Assembly: GCA_017440425.1 (NCBI GenBank)
Contig: JAFSHJ010000072.1
Location: 1 to 29,113, forward strand
Direction: 5' to 3'
Origin: Oscillospiraceae bacterium
GTDB lineage: Bacteria; Bacillota; Clostridia; Oscillospirales; Ruminococcaceae
DNA length: 29,113 nucleotides
The notes beneath the pieces were generated by a model. The model was not told where the DNA came from. It saw nothing but the letters and a program-made list of their open reading frames with translations, and did no database searches. The position numbers and the translations under genes are program-made. Of this stretch, positions 24,547-29,113 are shown one piece after another; the first letter of the stretch is position 1; every line of letters begins with the position of its first letter.

Positions 24547-25105
24547 CGCTCTTCTCCCCGTTCAACAGGATACTCAGGTTTCTGATGCCATAGCCAATGG
24601 CAGACACCAACACCATTGCTGTGCAAATTCCAACCAAAGTCCATGACACAGCAGAGGGAATATTAAACCAAAGAATGTGAATTATTATCATGCTGTAAAG
24701 ACATACCGTTGCGGCCTTGCCGTGCCAAACCGCCCCCAGCACAACCCCTGTTTTGCGTATTATGAGCAAACCCGTTACTGCAGCAAATATCTCCTTCACC
24801 ACAAGAAGGATGAGCGGAACCAACAGCTCAGGAAACCTTGTGATAAGGCAGAGCAACGTTGCCATCTGCGTCAGCTTGTCTGCCACGGGGTCAAACGCCT
24901 TTCCAAAATCGCTTATCATATTGAATTTGCGCGCAATAAAGCCATCCACAACATCGGTTATTCCCGAGATAACCAAAATTACAGCTGTCCAAAGATAATC
25001 CTGCTTGTAAACATATAGCCACACGATCATTGGCACAAGCAACAGCCTGAATATGGACAACACATTTGGAATGGTCATTATCCTGTGCTTATACTTGTCT
25101 TCCAT
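24533..25105 (-). CDS. CDP-alcohol phosphatidyltransferase (PgsA-like)
   Basis: TIPNVLSIFRL and signature TDVVDGFIARKFNMISDFGKAFDPVADK (DxxDGxxAR...GxxxDxxxD). Confidence 0.92.
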   Translation of the reverse strand: MEDKYKHRIMTIPNVLSIFRLLLVPMIVWLYVYKQDYLWTAVILVISGITDVVDGFIARKFNMISDFGKAFDPVADKLTQMATLLCLITRFPELLVPLILLVVKEIFAAVTGLLIIRKTGVVLGAVWHGKAATVCLYSMIIIHILWFNIPSAVSWTLVGICTAMVLVSAIGYGIRNLSILLNGEKSDERV

Positions 25106-25139
25106 ACTTTTTTAGCCTCCAGCTCCATTTTACAAAACC

Positions 25140-25177
25140 AGTATAAAATGTGAGTTTCAACCGAACATAAATTCAAC
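25140..25177 (-). promoter_or_regulatory. Lipid-operon promoter with candidate OmpR-family direct-repeat operator
   Basis: TATACT -10 (25145-25140) with no good -35. GTTGAATTT-AT-GTTCGGTTG (25177-25158), 11-bp period, covers the -35 region. Confidence 0.5.
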
Positions 25178-25191
25178 CTCAATTTTTGTTG

Positions 25192-25243
25192 AAAAAACGG
25201 CATCTGCCATAAAAGCAGATGCCGTTTGGGCGGTTTCACCGCC
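25192..25243 (-). terminator. Double hairpin / intrinsic terminator after the sensor kinase
   Basis: GGCGG-TGAAA-CCGCC, then a perfect 13-bp stem AAACGGCATCTGC / GCAGATGCCGTTT continuing into a U tract. Confidence 0.8.
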
Positions 25244-25253
25244 TTTAGCTATG

Positions 25254-26306
25254 TTATTTTGTCTGAAGCGTAACTGTAAATTTACTGCCGCCCGATGGCA
25301 GGTTTTCTGCGGCTATCTCACCCTTTTCAATGGTTAGAATGCGTTTGACCAAGGCAAGTCCAAGACCGTTGCCCTCCTGCCTGTGGCGGCTGCTGTCCTG
25401 ATAGAATTTATCAAAAATATGGTTGAGCGACTCTTCTGTAAGTCCCGGACCATTGTCTTCTATTGTGAAGACCAGCTTTTTTGATTTCTGCGTCAGCCGC
25501 AGCTTCACTGTGCCTCCATCCGGACTGAATTTGATGGCGTTTGAGATCAGATTGTCCCACACATGGTGCATCATTGTTTCGTTTCCCAAATAGTTTATTC
25601 TCTCCAACTCCACATCAAATTCGATGTTTTTCTTCTCCCACGCAGATTCCTGCACCACAATCGACTGCCTGATCTGCTCATCAAGACGATAATTTGTGCG
25701 GTTGGTTGGTATCTGTTGGTTTTCCAGCTTGCTAAGCAACAAAATGCTCCCCACCAAAGATGAAAGCCGCCCTGTATTGAGCAAAATTTTCTCAACATAT
25801 TTTTCCTGCTCTTCATTCAGGTTGTCGCTGTCCTGAAGCAATGTGGAATATCCCTCAATTGCATTTATCGGCGTTTTGAACTCATGAGAGACATTGGAAA
25901 CAAAATCTGTCTGTAAAATTTCGGTTGAGCTGAGCTCGTTTGCCATTAGATTGAAGCCGGTGTATATCTCCATTATCTCTTTTGAGCTTGATTTTTCATT
26001 CAATCTTACTGAGAAATCCCCGTCTGCAACCCTATCCATTGCTTTACGAAGCTTTTTTATTGGGTTGAAAAAATATTTTGACAACTGACCTGTAACCAGA
26101 ATTCCAACCAACAGACATACCAATATCATCTCCAGTTCCAATGGAATTTCCCACGGAAACACTTTGTTAAAGAGAATATCCAAACCATAGGAGATCACCA
26201 CGCAGACAAGCATTTCCATTGTCACCAGCAAGGTCAATCGTGTCCGAAGGCTGAAACGATTCCGTTGCTCGTTTCTCACCTTTTCAAAGCGTTCTCTTGT
26301 GTTCAC
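25254..26306 (-). CDS. Sensor histidine kinase (2 TM, minimal extracellular loop, HAMP, HisKA, HATPase)
   Basis: H-box DFVSNVSHEFKTP, N-box VWDNLISNAIKFS, G1 DNGPG, F-box IFDKFYQ, G2 GNGLGLA. Confidence 0.95.
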   Translation of the reverse strand: MNTRERFEKVRNEQRNRFSLRTRLTLLVTMEMLVCVVISYGLDILFNKVFPWEIPLELEMILVCLLVGILVTGQLSKYFFNPIKKLRKAMDRVADGDFSVRLNEKSSSKEIMEIYTGFNLMANELSSTEILQTDFVSNVSHEFKTPINAIEGYSTLLQDSDNLNEEQEKYVEKILLNTGRLSSLVGSILLLSKLENQQIPTNRTNYRLDEQIRQSIVVQESAWEKKNIEFDVELERINYLGNETMMHHVWDNLISNAIKFSPDGGTVKLRLTQKSKKLVFTIEDNGPGLTEESLNHIFDKFYQDSSRHRQEGNGLGLALVKRILTIEKGEIAAENLPSGGSKFTVTLQTK

Positions 26307-26974
26307 AGCTTCACCACCTTATAGCCAACACCGCGAATGGTGACAATTTTGAAATCCTTACTGTCACGAAAGCGCTCCCTCAGTCTGCCGATGTGCACAT
26401 CCACCGTGTGTGTATCACTATCGGAATCGTATCCCCAAATTTCATCCATCAACTGCTGACGGGTGGAAATTTTGCCCGGAAATGCCGCCATTTTATAAAG
26501 CAGCATAAACTCCTTTTGCGGAAGCACCATACTCTCTCCTCCGGTGATTACTGTCAGAGAATCACACTCCAAAAGAGTGTTTCCAATGGTCAGCCGTCTG
26601 TCGTTTATCATCTGTGCACGGCGCAGCAATGCCTGCACCCGCAGCACCATCTCATTCACGTTGATGGGTTTAACCATATAATCATCCACACCCGATTGGA
26701 AACCGATTCGCATATCATCAAAGGCATCCTTTGCGGTGATCATCAGCACAGGTGTGTTGCTTCCCGCCTCTCGAAGCTGCCGCACAAGCTCATAGCCATC
26801 CATCACCGGCATCATAATATCGGAGATGATCATATCATAAAACTCTGCATCCAAAGCCTCCAGTGCCTCCTGTCCGTTGGAAACACCCACAACCGTATAT
26901 CCGTTACGACTGAGAACATGTGAAAACAACTGCCGAAGCTCTCTGTCATCTTCCGCAATAAGAATTTTCAGCAT
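26303..26974 (-). CDS. OmpR/PhoB-family response regulator (HssR-like)
   Basis: ILIAEDD, ISDIMMPVMDG, ITAK, DDYMVKP, winged helix EIWGYD...TVDVHIGRLR...TIRGVGYK. 4-nt overlap with the kinase gene. Confidence 0.95.
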   Translation of the reverse strand: MLKILIAEDDRELRQLFSHVLSRNGYTVVGVSNGQEALEALDAEFYDMIISDIMMPVMDGYELVRQLREAGSNTPVLMITAKDAFDDMRIGFQSGVDDYMVKPINVNEMVLRVQALLRRAQMINDRRLTIGNTLLECDSLTVITGGESMVLPQKEFMLLYKMAAFPGKISTRQQLMDEIWGYDSDSDTHTVDVHIGRLRERFRDSKDFKIVTIRGVGYKVVKL

Positions 26975-27005
26975 AGTAAAACCTCCTGAAAGAGCATATT
27001 ACATC

Positions 27006-27041
27006 ATTATAATAGCACTGTTTTATCAACAAAACTTCAAC
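27006..27041 (-). promoter_or_regulatory. Two-component operon promoter with the same direct-repeat motif
   Basis: TATAAT (27011-27006) with GTTGAAGTT-TT-GTTGATAAA (27041-27022) over the -35 region. Confidence 0.5.
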
Positions 27042-27072
27042 AATCATCCGTCTTTGCTGTAAAATTTCTGCA

Positions 27073-27100
27073 AATAAAAAACCGCCTGACGGCGGTTTTG
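27073..27100 (-). terminator. Intrinsic terminator after the XRE gene
   Basis: AAAACCGCC-GTCA-GGCGGTTTT followed by TTATTT. Confidence 0.75.
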
Positions 27101-27135
27101 AAAAAAGATGCAATTTTTCTGTTTGCTGATGAATT

Positions 27136-27747
27136 TTATTCTTTGCTGATAACCTTTTTCTGCCAGGATCTTTTGCCGCAGGCGGGACATTTCATATATC
27201 TTGTTCTGCCCATATGCATTGCCCAAAAAACATTGCCGTATTTGGGAACATATTTGTGACCGCACTCCTTACACACATAGTATCCTGCTTTCTGCTCAAT
27301 TTTTAATGCGAAGGGTGTGGCAATAAGCAGCGGAATGATCCCTGCAAGAACGATGACGGTTTCCATCCACTCCTCAAGTGATATAACATTCACCAGACAC
27401 ACCGCAGCCAGCAACGGAAGCAGGCACACAACGCACATAACAATTTCTATTGTAAGCAGCCTTTTGTCTGCCTGCTCTTTTTGTCTGACCATCTCGATCA
27501 GGTTAGTTTCCAATTCTCTGTTGTAGTTTTCCATTGTAACTACCTCCCCACTTAATAAATCGTTTACGGTAATTTTAAGGATACCGCAAAGCTCAAGCAT
27601 AATTGAGGAATCCGGCATTGCTTTGCCCGTTTCCCATTTGGATATCGCTCTGTCGGTGATACCCAGCATTTCTGCCAGCTGCAGCTGCGTTAGACCTGCA
27701 TTTTTTCTGCGCTCGGCAATGAATCTTCCAATTTTAATCTGATCCAT
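27136..27747 (-). CDS. XRE-family HTH regulator with two TM helices and a C-terminal C4 zinc finger
   Basis: MDQIKIGRFIAERRK..GLTQ.QLAE.LGITDRAISKWETG..PD, two hydrophobic helices, then CKECG...CPACG. Confidence 0.88.
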   Translation of the reverse strand: MDQIKIGRFIAERRKNAGLTQLQLAEMLGITDRAISKWETGKAMPDSSIMLELCGILKITVNDLLSGEVVTMENYNRELETNLIEMVRQKEQADKRLLTIEIVMCVVCLLPLLAAVCLVNVISLEEWMETVIVLAGIIPLLIATPFALKIEQKAGYYVCKECGHKYVPKYGNVFWAMHMGRTRYMKCPACGKRSWQKKVISKE

Positions 27748-27868
27748 CGGCTTCCTCCTTTCGCTTTAAGTATAGAGCATATTTCAGGTAAAATACACAC
27801 ACCAAGGGTTGAGTGGGGAGAAAACAACCATTGGTAGAGTTAAAATTGCCGTTGATTTGTTGTTTTGT

Positions 27869-27914
27869 AAAAAAGAAACACCTTCTGCCCACCGGACAAA
27901 AGGTGTTTCTTTTT
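27869..27914 (-). terminator. Terminator abutting the tRNA 3' end
   Basis: 15-bp inverted repeat AAAAAGAAACACCTT / AAGGTGTTTCTTTTT. Confidence 0.75.
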
Positions 27915-27990
27915 GGTGGACGCACACGGGATCGAACCGTGGACCTCCTGCGTGTGAAGCAGGCACTCTAACCAGCTGAGCTATGCCTCC
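27914..27990 (-). tRNA. tRNA-Val (anticodon CAC), CCA encoded
   Basis: GGAGGCATAGCTCAGCTGGTTAGAGTGCCTGCTTCACACGCAGGAGGTCCACGGTTCGATCCCGTGTGCGTCCACCA: 77 nt, folds as a cloverleaf, anticodon loop TT-CAC-AC, discriminator A73, one G4:G69 mismatch. Confidence 0.95.
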
Positions 27991-28007
27991 GAATTTACTG
28001 CCTTAAT

Positions 28008-28036
28008 ATTATACAACAGCGGCAGCAAATAATCAA
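28008..28036 (-). promoter_or_regulatory. tRNA promoter
   Basis: TTGATT-17 nt-TATAAT, about 17 nt upstream of the mature tRNA. Confidence 0.7.
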
Positions 28037-28057
28037 GTATTTTTAAAAATTTATTTT

Positions 28058-28816
28058 TCACTCAAGATAAAAGCTCATCACCAGCATAAGGCAGAAGCCT
28101 ATGAGCAGCGCATAGGTTGAGCCGCGCTCGCCGCCGTGGGCGTGAGTTTCGGGGATCATCTCGTCGTTGATGACATAGAGCATAGTTCCGCCTGCAAATG
28201 CAAGGGCAAAGGGCAGAATTGCAGAAGAAATGCTGACAGCAAAATATCCGATGAGGGTGCCGATCACCTCTACAACTCCGGTTGCCGCAGCGATCATAAG
28301 TGTGCGGCTCTTGCTCATTCCCGTTGCAAGCATTGGCGCAATTATAACCATGCCCTCGGGAATGTTCTGCAGGGCAATACCGCCTGCAATGGTGAATGCC
28401 TCTGCGGTGTTGCCCGTGCCAAAGCCTACGCCTGCGGCAATTCCCTCCGGCAGGTTATGTATTGCAATGGCCATTACGAACAGCAGCACCTTGCTGAGCT
28501 TTTCGCTCTTTTCCGGGTGAGCTTCCACCTCAACTCCGCTCATTCTGTGCAGGTGCGGCACAAGTTTATCCAAAACGTTCAGGAACAGCGCTCCGCAGAA
28601 GATGCCTGCTATTGTGATGAGCACGGCAAAATCTCCACCGTATTCAAGCGACGGCAGCACGAGACCTATAACCGCAGCCGCCAACATTACTCCTGCAGCA
28701 AAAGCCATTACAAGATCGCTGAAGCGGTGGGATATATTTTTAAACAAAAAACCGATTATGGCGCCGACGAGGGTTGCCCCGCCGACTCCAATAGCGGTGA
28801 GAAGCACCATTTCCAT
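28058..28816 (-). CDS. ZIP-family (ZupT/GufA-like) divalent metal transporter
   Basis: MAFAAGVMLAA, AIAIHNLPEGIAAG, IALQNIPEG, LAFAGGTMLYV..DEMIPE. Start placed at ATG 28816, 8 nt after GGAGG. Confidence 0.92.
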   Translation of the reverse strand: MEMVLLTAIGVGGATLVGAIIGFLFKNISHRFSDLVMAFAAGVMLAAAVIGLVLPSLEYGGDFAVLITIAGIFCGALFLNVLDKLVPHLHRMSGVEVEAHPEKSEKLSKVLLFVMAIAIHNLPEGIAAGVGFGTGNTAEAFTIAGGIALQNIPEGMVIIAPMLATGMSKSRTLMIAAATGVVEVIGTLIGYFAVSISSAILPFALAFAGGTMLYVINDEMIPETHAHGGERGSTYALLIGFCLMLVMSFYLE

Positions 28817-28892
28817 AAAAACTTCCTCCGAAATATCTTTTTTTACATTATACCACATTTTATTATACAATTCTATCTTTTTCAATTTTATT

Positions 28893-28921
28893 TTGCCTTT
28901 TTTAATCATATGTGGTATACT
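28893..28921 (+). promoter_or_regulatory. Sigma-A promoter for the GNAT gene
   Basis: TTGCCT-17 nt-TATACT with TG extension. Confidence 0.6.
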
Positions 28922-28958
28922 GATGCTTAGTGATTTTATTCGGAAAGAGGAAAATATC

Positions 28959-29113
28959 ATGTCCGCTGCATTCAGATATGCCGAAAGAGGCGATACCGCC
29001 AGGATACTTCAGTTTATAACCGAGCTTGCCACCTACGAAAATTTGCAGAGCGAAGTGGTTGCAACCGAAGAAATTCTTGCCGAATGGCTGTTTGACAAGC
29101 AAAAGGCCGAGGT
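28959..29113 (+). CDS. GNAT N-acetyltransferase, diamine/spermidine acetyltransferase-like (5' part only)
   Basis: Not in the ORF track. ATG 28959 after GAGG gives MSAAFRYAERGDTARILQFITELATYENLQSEVVATEEILAEWLFDKQKAEV, resembling the SSAT-type N-terminus. Confidence 0.8.
   Translation, partial: MSAAFRYAERGDTARILQFITELATYENLQSEVVATEEILAEWLFDKQKAE

Noticed and set aside
16480-28816. Idea that the many Cys4 proteins and the ZIP transporter form a zinc-homeostasis locus
   Set aside because: The ZIP gene is beyond the tRNA in a separate unit, no Zur/AdcR-like box was recognised, and zinc ribbons are common structural modules.

Overview
Chromosomal window from a Bacillota genome. Gene order and protein style suggest Clostridia, possibly Oscillospiraceae/Ruminococcaceae-like (inference). 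Bases 1-13.5 kb are a minus-strand housekeeping block: infC-rpmI-rplT, a TrmH-family methylase, dprA, topA, trmFO, plsX, rnc, a radical SAM gene and smc (truncated by the window edge). infC has an AUC start and an L20-leader-type attenuator. Between infC and a tRNA-Val(CAC) gene lies about 14 kb of accessory DNA with no visible integrase. It contains four parts. (i) A cytoplasmic tannase/feruloyl-esterase-family hydrolase lacking the family's catalytic disulfide cysteines. (ii) An HTH regulator divergent from a stand-alone, A7-frameshifted Hanks-type kinase, which is followed by two paralogous zinc-ribbon/TM/beta-helix surface proteins (a possible 'split receptor kinase' module). (iii) A VVEEAP-repeat membrane protein plus a DUF2752 gene. 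(iv) A tight six-gene membrane-lipid operon (CDP-alcohol phosphotransferase, DUF2238-like, orphan CrtO-like acyltransferase, UgtP/MGDG synthase, DAG-kinase family, YihY) downstream of an intramembrane-sensing two-component system, with a similar direct repeat in both promoters. Part (iv) is the best candidate for an undescribed system: an inducible acylated-glycolipid membrane-remodelling pathway. The window ends with an XRE-TM-zinc-finger regulator, tRNA-Val, a ZIP transporter and the start of a GNAT gene. All family assignments come from motif recognition by eye; no database search was run.
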